Assembly (NCBI GenBank): GCA_963790825.1
Contig: CAWBPM010000002.1
Span: 97,702-161,701 of the forward strand
Direction of reading: 5' to 3'
Source of the DNA: Candidatus Levyibacteriota bacterium
GTDB lineage: Bacteria; Patescibacteriota; Microgenomatia; Levybacterales; UBA12049
Length of the DNA stretch: 64,000 nt
The notes below the pieces were generated by a model, which was not told the DNA's origin, made no database searches, and was given only the letters and a program-made list of their open reading frames with translations. Below are positions 22,239 to 30,848 of the stretch, in pieces. Position numbers and translations under genes: made by a program. Within the stretch, counting starts at the first letter, position 1. Every line of letters starts with the position of its first letter.

Positions 22239-22322
22239 AGTGCAATTGTACCACAGACATCCAGTTTTTAATGTAGCGCAAAATTGACATACTATATTTG
22301 TAATTTGTACCAGTTTGTCTTA

Positions 22323-22354
22323 TTGACAAAAATACACGAAAATATGTATAAAAT
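22323..22354 (+). promoter_or_regulatory. candidate sigma-70-type promoter for lexA (TTGACA-N18-TATAAAAT)
   Basis: Consensus -35 hexamer TTGACA at 22323-22328 and TATAAAAT at 22347-22354, about 30 nt upstream of the lexA ATG. An ACGTACCA repeat copy overlaps the predicted transcription start. Confidence 0.45.
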
Positions 22355-22384
22355 ATACGTACCAATAATTTCTTTTAAGAAATA

Positions 22385-23026
22385 TTGGAAAAAAATATGC
22401 CGGGAGTATTATACAGAAAAGAGCGGGAACTCTTAGAATTTCTTACCCAATTCCAAAAATCGTACGGATATGCTCCGACGCTTCGGGAGATGGCACTGGC
22501 GACCCATCACAAAAGCGTTTCCACGGTGCATGCAATTATCCGTAACCTGGTAGACAAAAACTATATTCAAAAAGTTGACGGTAATTCCCGGATTTTAAAA
22601 GTACTTGACCAGAATTTTGCTTCTACAAAATTAAACAATCTGCCGTCGATTGAGTTGCCTTTGATGGGATTTATTGCGGCGGGCAAGCCGCTTGAGCCGC
22701 ATACCGATCCAAATGCGACATTTCACGTCTCAGCAACCATGATCAGCGGATCAAAAACCGCGTATGTTCTTCAGGTGAAAGGGGAGTCGATGATTGAAGA
22801 CGGCATATTGGACGGTGACTTTGTGGTTATCGAGCGGGTTCAGGAGGCATATAACGGACAAATTGTAGTCGCACTTGTGGATGACAATCTCGCGACTCTC
22901 AAAAGGTTTTATAAAAACGGTGACAGAATTGAACTTCATCCGGCAAATCATACGATGAGTCCGATTTATCCCAAAAGCCTTAAAATTCAGGGCAAAGTCG
23001 TGGGGCTAGTCCGAAAATTTCTCTAA
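22385..23026 (+). CDS. lexA: LexA repressor (S24 peptidase family)
   Basis: N-terminal winged HTH (YAPTLREMALATHHKSVSTVHAIIRNL) and a C-terminal S24 domain with GESMIEDGILDGDFVVIE and the catalytic Ser/Lys context. Divergent from uvrB. Confidence 0.8.
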   Translation: MEKNMPGVLYRKERELLEFLTQFQKSYGYAPTLREMALATHHKSVSTVHAIIRNLVDKNYIQKVDGNSRILKVLDQNFASTKLNNLPSIELPLMGFIAAGKPLEPHTDPNATFHVSATMISGSKTAYVLQVKGESMIEDGILDGDFVVIERVQEAYNGQIVVALVDDNLATLKRFYKNGDRIELHPANHTMSPIYPKSLKIQGKVVGLVRKFL

Positions 23027-23031
23027 TAGTT

Positions 23032-23334
23032 GTGGAATTAAAAAAATTAACCAAGGACATAGGAAAAGTATCAAAAATCTACAGCAAGAAATTCAAAATC
23101 GATCGAAATGCTGATTGGTACCTGCTAAAGCTCCAGGAAGAAGTAGGGGAGTTAACCAGAAGTTATTTGAAATGCTTAGGTCAAGCCAGAACTTCCGGAA
23201 AAACCTCTCAAGAGTTAAAAAACAGCTTTAACGAGGAATTGGCTGATGTTTTTTGCCACGTACTCCTTCTAGCCCAGTTTCATGATATAGATTTGGAAAA
23301 AGAAGTACAAAATAAATGGTTGGTTTATAAATAA
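23032..23334 (+). CDS. MazG-like nucleotide pyrophosphohydrolase domain protein
   Basis: EEVGEL...EELADVFCHVLLLA resembles the MazG/HisE all-alpha NTP-PPase EExxE...E/D motif pair. 100 aa. Confidence 0.45.
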   Translation: MELKKLTKDIGKVSKIYSKKFKIDRNADWYLLKLQEEVGELTRSYLKCLGQARTSGKTSQELKNSFNEELADVFCHVLLLAQFHDIDLEKEVQNKWLVYK

Positions 23335-23423
23335 TTATCGCACTTACCCTTTAACACTAAATTAGGAAACTCATGCATATAATTTATTGCTAAATTTTCC
23401 TGTTCTCCTTACAATAAAAGCTA

Positions 23424-25109
23424 ATGATTGCGTTTTTTAATAAATATAAGTATGTACTATTACTAATAACGATTGGATTTTTTATATATTGCAATAGTTT
23501 AATTAATAATTTAGTTTGGGATGACATTATCTATATCATCAATAATCTACAGGTACACTCGATAAATATCTCCTTATTGTTTAGTAATAGTAACTTATTT
23601 AATACCCCACCTTACTACAGACCGATACTAACGCTATACATATCAAGTCTTTTTGTTTTATTTCAAAACAACGCTTTCTTCTACCACATAACACAATTAT
23701 TGCTTCACACAGCAAACAGTATCTTAGTTTTCTATTTATTCAAAATATTTTTTAAAGAAAAACTGTCTTTTTTTCTCGCCTTACTGTTTCTAGTTCACCC
23801 GATGAATGTCGAATCGGTATCAATTATGTCTTCGGGAAGCGTTCTCTACTTCTTCTTCGGTATTTTAGCTTTGTTAATCAGTAGAGATAATATACCTGGG
23901 AAAAATAAAAGCATTATTCTGTTTCTACTTCTTTTACTTTCAGTATTTAGCAAAGAATCAGGATTTTTGTTTATTTTCATAATAGTGCTGTTTCAGTTTC
24001 TCTTCAAAAAAAGAAATCTCGGTAAATCTTTTGTATTAGGAACAGCTATTACTTTTTTCTATTTCGTTTTACATTTATGGATAGGAAATACTTATTTTGC
24101 CAAACTGCAGTTTGTTCCGATCATGAGATTATCGTTGACAGGGAGGCTGATAAATATCCCTTTAATTATTTTGTACTATCTAAAAACTTTTCTACTGCCG
24201 GTAAGTTTAGCAACTGATCAACAATGGATTGTAAGATCAATCGATATAGGTAATTTCTATTTTCCGCTACTTATTATTATTTTGTTTACAGCGAGCGTTG
24301 TTCTGCTTGGGCTTTATATATATACATATCGTAAGCAATTTTTTCATACTTTTGTTTTCTTTTCCCTCTGGTTTTTAATAGGCATCATACTCTTATTGCA
24401 AATTACACCGCTCGATGGCACGGTCGCAGACCGCTGGTTTTATTTTCCCATGGTTGGTCTTTTGGGGCTTCTGGGCGTTGCAACGCAGAGTATATCCATA
24501 AAAAATAAAAATATTTATTTTTCCATTGTGATGCTTGGAACTTTAGTTATCATCGCTTTCTCTGCGAGAACAATAATAAGAAATGTTGATTGGCGTAGTA
24601 ACTTAAGTTTGTACAGTCATGATGCTGGGGTTTCGGACAATTACGCGCTCGAGAATAATTTGGGAAATGAATTTATCGTTACGAAGGATTATGATCAAGC
24701 GTTACTGCATTTTAACAAGTCAATACAGCTTGCTCCGGAAAATGATTTGAAAATGTGGGAAAATCTTGGGTTAGTCTATCATTATAAAAAGAATACAACA
24801 CTCGCAAAAAAATATTATGAAAAAGCAATTATCACAAATCACTCACAAGAAGCGTACGAAAATTTATCGAATTTACTATTAAGCGAAAAAGACATTTCAT
24901 CTGCAAAAAAAGTTGCATCCGAAGGATTAAAATACCATCCTGCGAGCTGGTTACTTTGGATGTGGCTTTCAATATCAGAGTATAAATTAGGTAATTTACA
25001 AGAAGCACTTTCCGAAGCCACAAAAGCATATAATCTGTCTGCAAATGAAAATACATTCAGAGTTCTGCAAAATATGCAAAATAAGCTTCCGCTAGAAATG
25101 AATTGGTAA
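23424..25109 (+). CDS. GT-C fold glycosyltransferase-like membrane protein with C-terminal TPR repeats (TMTC/DUF1736-like)
   Basis: About 11 TM helices with an early DD motif (NLVWDDIIY), then a soluble C-terminus with TPR-like repeats (LAPENDLKMWENLGLVYHYKKNTTLAKKYYEKAI...). Confidence 0.5.
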   Translation: MIAFFNKYKYVLLLITIGFFIYCNSLINNLVWDDIIYIINNLQVHSINISLLFSNSNLFNTPPYYRPILTLYISSLFVLFQNNAFFYHITQLLLHTANSILVFYLFKIFFKEKLSFFLALLFLVHPMNVESVSIMSSGSVLYFFFGILALLISRDNIPGKNKSIILFLLLLLSVFSKESGFLFIFIIVLFQFLFKKRNLGKSFVLGTAITFFYFVLHLWIGNTYFAKLQFVPIMRLSLTGRLINIPLIILYYLKTFLLPVSLATDQQWIVRSIDIGNFYFPLLIIILFTASVVLLGLYIYTYRKQFFHTFVFFSLWFLIGIILLLQITPLDGTVADRWFYFPMVGLLGLLGVATQSISIKNKNIYFSIVMLGTLVIIAFSARTIIRNVDWRSNLSLYSHDAGVSDNYALENNLGNEFIVTKDYDQALLHFNKSIQLAPENDLKMWENLGLVYHYKKNTTLAKKYYEKAIITNHSQEAYENLSNLLLSEKDISSAKKVASEGLKYHPASWLLWMWLSISEYKLGNLQEALSEATKAYNLSANENTFRVLQNMQNKLPLEMNW

Positions 25110-25125
25110 AATTACATGAAACGAG

Positions 25126-25755
25126 TTACTTCCTGAAAATTTTTTTTCGAAGGCTGAGTTTATGATCGAGGTACCACAAGACAGCTAAGATAAGTAAAAC
25201 GACAATGACAAATTGGAATTTGCTGAAATACCCGCCTAAGCTGTCCCATTTGCTGCCCAGATACATACCAACATAGGTTAATACGCTGACCCATGCAATT
25301 GAGCCGACTAAAGCGAGACTAATAAATTTCCAAACATTCATTTCAAAAACACCTGCGGGAAGAGAAATAATAAATCGAAGTCCGGGGAAAAATTTGGCTA
25401 CCACGACAATTTTACTGCCGTATTTTATAAACCAGCCGGAAGCCTTTTGATAATCATGCTCACTGACTAAAATATATTTTCCGTGTTTTTTAATCAGATT
25501 TAAAATTACTTTTTCCTCTAAGAAAAATCCTATTCCATACAGGACGAGAGAACCCAAAACATCCCCGATTATCGCGATAATAACCACGGGTAAGTACATA
25601 AAAGTTCCTAAGTGGATGAGAAAGCCTGAGAACGGTAAAACGACTTCGGACGGAATCGGAAGTAGCGCAGAACCCAGGAACATAAGAACAAAAATACCCA
25701 GGTAGCCGGAAGATTGAATAAAATGTATAATAAAGCCGGATAAAACCGCAAGCAT
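25126..25755 (-). CDS. DedA family membrane protein
   Basis: SNARE-associated/DedA core (LPFSGFLI...FFPGLRFIISLPAGVFEMNVWKF). Confidence 0.7.
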   Translation of the reverse strand: MLAVLSGFIIHFIQSSGYLGIFVLMFLGSALLPIPSEVVLPFSGFLIHLGTFMYLPVVIIAIIGDVLGSLVLYGIGFFLEEKVILNLIKKHGKYILVSEHDYQKASGWFIKYGSKIVVVAKFFPGLRFIISLPAGVFEMNVWKFISLALVGSIAWVSVLTYVGMYLGSKWDSLGGYFSKFQFVIVVLLILAVLWYLDHKLSLRKKIFRK

Positions 25756-26472
25756 ATGGGAACATTATACATTGTTGCAACGCCGATCGGCAACTTACAG
25801 GATATAACTTTACGAGCTTTAAAAATGTTGCGCGAAGTAGATATTATTGCCTGTGAGGATACAAGGCGGACGGGAACACTTCTGAAATCTATTCAAGAAA
25901 TCATCCCAACGCGAGGAGATGAACAGGAAAAATCACAAAAGTCACCGCGTTTGCTTTCTTACTATGAAGAGATCGAGACCCATCGTATTCCTGAAATTAT
26001 TAGTTTACTCCTTAATGATTTGGATGTTGCACTCGTTTCTGATGCAGGGACACCGGCGATTTCCGATCCGGGATTTAAATTAATTCGTGAATGTATCTCA
26101 CAAAAAATTCCGGTTGTCGCAATTCCTGGTCCGTCAGCGGTGCTTACGTCTTTGGTAATTTCCGGTTTACCGACGGATAAGTTTAATTTTTATGGCTATC
26201 CGCCGAAAAAACCGGGGCATAGAATAACATTTTTTGAAAAAATAAAAGAAACACAAAAACATCTTTCTGCAACAATTATTTTTTTTGAAGCGCCGCATAA
26301 ATTAATTCGAACATTGGAGGATTTACAAAAAGTTTTTGACGACGTCGATATTGTTTTATGTCGCGAGTTGACCAAGGTTTATGAGGAGGTTAGGAGAGAA
26401 AAAATATCCGAGTCTCTTGCCCATTTTCAAAAAACAACTCCCAAAGGCGAATTCGTGATTTTACTACACTAA
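25756..26472 (+). CDS. rsmI: 16S rRNA (cytidine1402-2'-O)-methyltransferase
   Basis: MGTLYIVATPIGNLQDITLRALKMLREVDIIACEDTRRTGTLLK is the RsmI tetrapyrrole-methylase-fold N-terminus. Confidence 0.8.
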   Translation: MGTLYIVATPIGNLQDITLRALKMLREVDIIACEDTRRTGTLLKSIQEIIPTRGDEQEKSQKSPRLLSYYEEIETHRIPEIISLLLNDLDVALVSDAGTPAISDPGFKLIRECISQKIPVVAIPGPSAVLTSLVISGLPTDKFNFYGYPPKKPGHRITFFEKIKETQKHLSATIIFFEAPHKLIRTLEDLQKVFDDVDIVLCRELTKVYEEVRREKISESLAHFQKTTPKGEFVILLH

Positions 26473-26704
26473 AATACACAAATTAAAAATATAAGTCTAT
26501 AAAATAATAACTTAATTACATATCCGAATATTTGATATCTTAACTTGTCATTCATGCCTGAATTCCCGTTGTTCGGAATACTACGAAACCGGACTGGACA
26601 AAAACTTAATATCCACAGTTCGAATCCTAATCGCGGAGCAAATTAGCCTCAAAATTGACTTCTTTTTGAATTGAGACAACAATGTATTTGTAAGGAGATA
26701 TTTT

Positions 26705-26893
26705 ATGAACCTCACAACAAGTCTTATCGTTTTTGCCGCAATTATTATATCCGTTAATAATTTCGTGTTGTTTTATGTAATTAAGAATAATGGAATACAT
26801 TCAAGAATACACTCGCTTGGTATGATAGTATTTTTGATTAGTCTTATTGAAATTGTGGCAATTGGAATTTGGGCTTATATCCACTTAAGATAA
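26705..26893 (+). CDS. small membrane protein (two TM helices)
   Basis: 62-aa hydrophobic ORF preceded by AAGGAGATATTTTATG. Confidence 0.35.
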   Translation: MNLTTSLIVFAAIIISVNNFVLFYVIKNNGIHSRIHSLGMIVFLISLIEIVAIGIWAYIHLR

Positions 26894-26954
26894 TGGGTTC
26901 TCTCCATTTCCATCAGTCGGTTTCCGAAACCGATAGTGTGGAAACCGGAATATT

Positions 26955-27431
26955 TTGAACTGCTATACTAAACTTATGAAGATGCTGAAACTTCTGACCG
27001 GAAGCGGAGACAAAATGGGCCCTTTCATTTGGCCGTTTGCAATCCTCGGCTTTACTTTATATTTTATTTTACCCTCTCTTTTTAGTATTCCCAAATCAAA
27101 TCTCTTAAACATTTTCGGTCTGATTCTTCTAATTTTGGGTCTTATTGTTTGTATCTGGTCCCAAATTTTGATATTGATAAAAGTCCCCAAAAAACAACTT
27201 ATCTTGATCGGTCCTTATGGTCTGGTAAAGCATCCTTTGTATACCGGGGTTTCTCTTTTGGTGCTTCCCGGACTTGGATTTTTGCTTGATAACTGGTTAG
27301 GGCTTTTATTCGGACTTGTTCTTTACATCATTACAAGAATTTACAGACCTGAAGAGGAAAAAAGAATGAAAAAAGAATTCGGGGAAAAATATGAAAAATA
27401 CTTAAAGAGTGTCCTCTTTCCTAGGTTGTAA
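26955..27431 (+). CDS. isoprenylcysteine carboxyl methyltransferase (ICMT)/phospholipid methyltransferase family membrane protein
   Basis: LILIGPYGLVKHPLYTGVSLLVLPGLGFLL...RPEEEKRMKKEFGEKYEKY matches the ICMT/PEMT family C-terminal signature. Confidence 0.65.
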   Translation: MNCYTKLMKMLKLLTGSGDKMGPFIWPFAILGFTLYFILPSLFSIPKSNLLNIFGLILLILGLIVCIWSQILILIKVPKKQLILIGPYGLVKHPLYTGVSLLVLPGLGFLLDNWLGLLFGLVLYIITRIYRPEEEKRMKKEFGEKYEKYLKSVLFPRL

Positions 27432-27609
27432 ACTAAGAAGTTGAATTAATTTTCTCAAAAGAAGAGATAAAGTAGGTTCTCCCCATTTACATTAGGTGGA
27501 GCTCTGTTTGGCCTTAAATCGTGCCTAAAAAGGATTACGGGAATCGAACCCTAAAAAATAGAAGTCGTATAAACCCGGATTTGTGACACAGGGCTAATTA
27601 CCTACTATA

Positions 27610-28314
27610 TTAGTAAAGTAATTTAAATGAATTCATAATTTTATTAAAGATTTCCTGCTGATTACTACTATATAAGCTGCCTGATTGCATAATATAGACA
27701 AAGTTTTTATCCTGGACGTATGCTGTTTGTCGTTTGTATTCAACGGGTTCAATATTAGATTTTGTATAAATACCCTCTAGAGTGCTGTGCAGCTGATTAG
27801 TCATAACAAAGTTAGCTATAACGGTATTTAGTCCATTTATCTCAGTTGAGTTATATCCTGTAGCTTCTGAGTAGAGACCATCATTTTCTTTAGCAAATGA
27901 TAATAAATCTTTATTATTTCCTATATCATACAACACTAAAGAAATGTTGCTATCATACATTTTGACTAAAGCAGGAGCGGAGTTTCTATTCATATGTAAA
28001 AGACCACTAGAGCCAGCAACTTGATACGCATTCTTTGTCAGCGGTGAATAAGCTCCTGTATTTACTACGTAAAAATCAGGATAATTGAAAGTATAGCCAT
28101 TTACCAAATCTATGTAAGTTTCCCAACCTTGTTCTCTTGGCTGACTATTATAGATCTGCTCAAATTTAGTTTGGTAATTAATCGGCAAGATGTTAGTATA
28201 TGTAAACAATAAATAAGAAACTACAAGCCCACAAAAAAAGGCTAAAATGATAAAAAGTAAAAATGGTATGGTTTTTGGTAATATTTTCTTGGCCATAGAT
28301 TCATTATGCACCAA
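27610..28314 (-). CDS. hypothetical membrane-anchored protein
   Basis: 234 aa with an N-terminal signal-anchor helix (IPFLLFIILAFFCGLVVSYLLF) and an Asn/Tyr/Ser-rich extracytoplasmic part. No known motif. Confidence 0.45.
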   Translation of the reverse strand: MVHNESMAKKILPKTIPFLLFIILAFFCGLVVSYLLFTYTNILPINYQTKFEQIYNSQPREQGWETYIDLVNGYTFNYPDFYVVNTGAYSPLTKNAYQVAGSSGLLHMNRNSAPALVKMYDSNISLVLYDIGNNKDLLSFAKENDGLYSEATGYNSTEINGLNTVIANFVMTNQLHSTLEGIYTKSNIEPVEYKRQTAYVQDKNFVYIMQSGSLYSSNQQEIFNKIMNSFKLLY

Positions 28315-28392
28315 TATAGAAGACTTGCAAAGGATGATATTTAAACCATCTCCTTGTCATATAACATCAAATTAACAATATGTTGCTCATGT

Positions 28393-28454
28393 AGGTTCAA
28401 ACGTCGACCTGCGACTCCACGCAGTGGATAGTCCCTTTATGGGGTAAGCGAAGC
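28393..28454 (+). repeat. family-A structured repeat, copy A1
   Basis: AGGTTCAAACGTCGACCTGCGAC-TCCACGCAGTGGA-TAGTCCCTTTATGGGGTAAGCGAAGC. Shares both ends and the double-hairpin layout with A2/A3, but the central hairpin sequence is swapped for a different 5-bp stem (TCCAC/GTGGA versus GATTC/GAATC). Confidence 0.7.
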
Positions 28455-28529
28455 TTAAGAGGTATAATTATTACACAATTATCATAAACATTTAGTATTA
28501 TTACTAAAATTGATTGGAGGTGATGAACA

Positions 28530-28673
28530 ATGATGGATCAAACAAAATGGGGACATGATATGATGGAATGCTGCAAGGAGCATTCTATGTCAAAAGAACA
28601 TCTTGAAGCAATGAAGAAAATGCTGGAAGAAAAACTAAAGTGGGTTAGTGAAGAACTAAAGAAAGCAGCATAG
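28530..28673 (+). CDS. small hypothetical protein (47 aa)
   Basis: Strong RBS GGAGGTGA 7 nt upstream of the ATG. Charged helical peptide MMDQTKWGHDMMECCKEHSMSKEHLEAMKKMLEEKLKWVSEELKKAA. Coordinates +/-1. Confidence 0.35.
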   Translation: MMDQTKWGHDMMECCKEHSMSKEHLEAMKKMLEEKLKWVSEELKKAA

Positions 28674-28940
28674 CAACAAAACAATATTGTGAAGCAGGAT
28701 GGGGCAAGTCAATAAACTAAATCTGAAGCTGAGGAAGTTACGTCTGGGATGTAAAACTACTCTTCTTGATGCTCAATAGTGGCTTTAACATTGTTTACGA
28801 TGCGGAGCTCGGTTTATTCATAATAAATTAGATACCAAGTATTACGAATACACTAACCAAGGACATTTTGGTGGGGATTACTATAAAGAAATTTTCCCTG
28901 AGCTTGTTCAAGCGATTAAAGAAGAGTTAGTTAGAAAATA

Positions 28941-28983
28941 GTTTCAAACGTCGGACTGTAGTCGGAACTCAGTTTAGCCTCAG
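28941..28983 (+). repeat. degenerate, truncated family-A-like repeat
   Basis: GTTTCAAACGTCGGACTGTAGTCGGAACTCAGTTTAGCCTCAG resembles the 5' half of family A (GGTTCGAACGTCGACC...). Confidence 0.35.
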
Positions 28984-29027
28984 AAATGACAAGAAATAGC
29001 ATAGTAGGATGGTGATATAATCACCGT

Positions 29028-29669
29028 ATGAATATAAATCTACATCTGATCAATGCATCAGGAACGCTAAATCCATTTGTCATAGATATTGAAAAGATTT
29101 TTCCTACGACTATTAAACGGATTAGGAAGGTATTGCCTGTTGATAATGTCGATATCATTGTTTGGGAAGATGCTGATTGGGCAATTAAAAAATATGGGCT
29201 AGGAGGACATACGATAAAAGCAAATACAGTAATAGTTTCCATTGATCCGAATAATCCCAAAGCAAAACAATCATTTCCTGAACGTTTTACTACAACACTT
29301 ATGCATGAATTGCACCATGCTACCCGTATGCAAGCACTAGGAGAAGGATTTATTCCACGACTGGAAGCATCAGTAAGAGAAGGACTAGCAGAACACTTTG
29401 AAATACAACTTACAGGTAAAAAGCCAGAAGTATGGGATAATGCACTAACAAAGCAACAACTCACAGAATTCATAAAAATAGCAAAAGAGAATAAAAGTAC
29501 GGAGGACTATTATCTCTATGATTGGTTATTTGGAAATAAAGAACAAAAGATACCAGAATGGACAGGCTACTCGGTTGGGTTTCAACTTATTAACGATTAT
29601 CTAGAGACACATCCTCAAGCTACTCCAGCAACTCTTTACAAAACGAAAGCAGAAGTATTTATAAAATGA
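29028..29669 (+). CDS. putative zinc-dependent peptidase (HExxH motif, DUF2268-like)
   Basis: HELHH motif (TTLMHELHHATRMQALGEG) in a 213-aa soluble protein. First cassette-like gene, followed by repeat A2. Confidence 0.4.
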   Translation: MNINLHLINASGTLNPFVIDIEKIFPTTIKRIRKVLPVDNVDIIVWEDADWAIKKYGLGGHTIKANTVIVSIDPNNPKAKQSFPERFTTTLMHELHHATRMQALGEGFIPRLEASVREGLAEHFEIQLTGKKPEVWDNALTKQQLTEFIKIAKENKSTEDYYLYDWLFGNKEQKIPEWTGYSVGFQLINDYLETHPQATPATLYKTKAEVFIK

Positions 29670-29700
29670 GTCTTACCTCTGCGCTAAATAGTACTGTACC

Positions 29701-29763
29701 AGGTTCGAACATTGGCCTGCGACGATTCGAAGAATCTAGTCCCCTTGTGGGGTAAGCGGAGCT
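29701..29763 (+). repeat. family-A structured repeat, copy A2
   Basis: AGGTTCGAACATTGGCCTGCGACGATTCGAAGAATCTAGTCCCCTTGTGGGGTAAGCGGAGCTG. Starts about 30 nt after the stop of the 29028-29669 gene. Confidence 0.7.
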
Positions 29764-29824
29764 GATATGCTTTGATATATTTTGTTAGTCTCAAGGTTGC
29801 TTCTGGTATAATGGAACTATTCAT

Positions 29825-30169
29825 ATGGATGAGACAGTAAAATTGGTAGTTTTTGTACCTGAAACTCATGCAGATATAGTCAGAGAAGCTATGGGCAAGG
29901 CAGGAGCTGGAATAGTGGGAGATTATAAATACTGTAGCTTTTCAGTTAAAGGAACGGGAAGATTTATCCCGCTCGATACTGCACATCCATTTATTGGTAA
30001 GGTAGGCAATTTGGAAGAAGTAGAGGAAGAACGAATCGAAACTGTTTGTTATAAGAAAGACTTGGAAAAGATAATTGCAGCTATAAAAAAGGTTCATCCC
30101 TATGAAGAAGTTGCATTAGACGTTTATCCTTTGGTTTTAAATCCTCATGAAACAACATATAAGAAATAG
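29825..30169 (+). CDS. hypothetical protein, PII/CutA-like fold suspected (resembles NIF3-family insert domain)
   Basis: 114 aa. KLVVFVPETHADIVREAMGKAGAGIVGDYKYCSFSVKGTGRFIP...EERIETVCYKKDLEKII pattern. Family assignment is from memory only. Confidence 0.3.
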   Translation: MDETVKLVVFVPETHADIVREAMGKAGAGIVGDYKYCSFSVKGTGRFIPLDTAHPFIGKVGNLEEVEEERIETVCYKKDLEKIIAAIKKVHPYEEVALDVYPLVLNPHETTYKK

Positions 30170-30232
30170 TTCCTCACATATTCAACCAGGGAGAGCTCAG
30201 GCTAGTCCCAGTTTTACTAACTTGAATAGGAT
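30168..30232 (+). repeat. family-B repeat, copy B1 (B core + A-like CTAGTCCC segment + inverted partial B core)
   Basis: GTTCCTCACATATTCAACCAGGGAGAGCTCAGGCTAGTCCCAGTTTTACTAACTTGAATAGG. The forward core ATATTCAA and the inverted TTGAATA lie about 45 nt apart. Begins 1 nt after the stop of the preceding gene. Confidence 0.65.
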
Positions 30233-30258
30233 AACAAAACCTCTGATATAATTCTCAT

Positions 30259-30696
30259 GTGGCAATAAAATTTGAATTTCGTGATATGACTGACAACGAA
30301 TATAAACAAGAGCAGTCTGCGTTCGATGAACACGGGTTAGAGTTTGGTAATCCTCCCGAGAAGCAAGAACGTTTTGGATTTATAGCCACTGAAAATGAGG
30401 AATTTGTAGGTTGCTCAAGTGGATTAGCACAAAAAAATAATGGTCAATATGGCAAATACTTCTATTTGAGTGATTTATTGGTTGAAAAAAAATATCGAAA
30501 ATATGGCTATGGAAAAAAGCTTTTAGAGTTGCTTGAAAGTAAACTAAAGTTGCTTGGTATAGAATATGTTTGGACATGGACAGCAGGTTATGAAGCCCCA
30601 CCTTTTTATCTAAAACAAGGATATAAGACTTTTACAACATTTGAGAATTATTACCCGTCTGGTCATGCTAGAGTTGGATTTATAAAAAAGCTATAG
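30259..30696 (+). CDS. GNAT family N-acetyltransferase
   Basis: Acetyl-CoA binding region LLVEKKYRKYGYGKKLLELLE (Q/RxxGxG/A-like) in a 145-aa protein. Confidence 0.65.
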   Translation: MAIKFEFRDMTDNEYKQEQSAFDEHGLEFGNPPEKQERFGFIATENEEFVGCSSGLAQKNNGQYGKYFYLSDLLVEKKYRKYGYGKKLLELLESKLKLLGIEYVWTWTAGYEAPPFYLKQGYKTFTTFENYYPSGHARVGFIKKL

Positions 30697-30707
30697 AGCT
30701 CTAAAGT

Positions 30708-30770
30708 AGGTTCGAACGTCGACCTGCGACGATTCGAAGAATCTAGTCCCCTTATGGGGTAAGCGGAGCT
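30708..30770 (+). repeat. family-A structured repeat, copy A3
   Basis: AGGTTCGAACGTCGACCTGCGACGATTCGAAGAATCTAGTCCCCTTATGGGGTAAGCGGAGCT, 4 differences from A2. Begins 12 nt after the GNAT stop codon. Confidence 0.7.
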
Positions 30771-30848
30771 AAATACCTTACGTTAGAATCATAATTTAGA
30801 TTGATAAAACAAGCCAAATATACAACTCTCTTTAGATAGTTTTGTAAA

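Noticed and set aside
22239-22384. Canonical LexA boxes (CTGT-N8-ACAG or GAAC-N4-GTTC)
   Set aside because: Not present in the uvrB-lexA intergenic region. Only the GTACCA direct repeats were found.
27440-27600. tmRNA or complete tRNA gene
   Set aside because: Only a T-arm-like GGGTTCGATTCCC is present. No acceptor stem pairing, D-arm or tag-peptide reading frame could be folded by hand. Reported only as a remnant.
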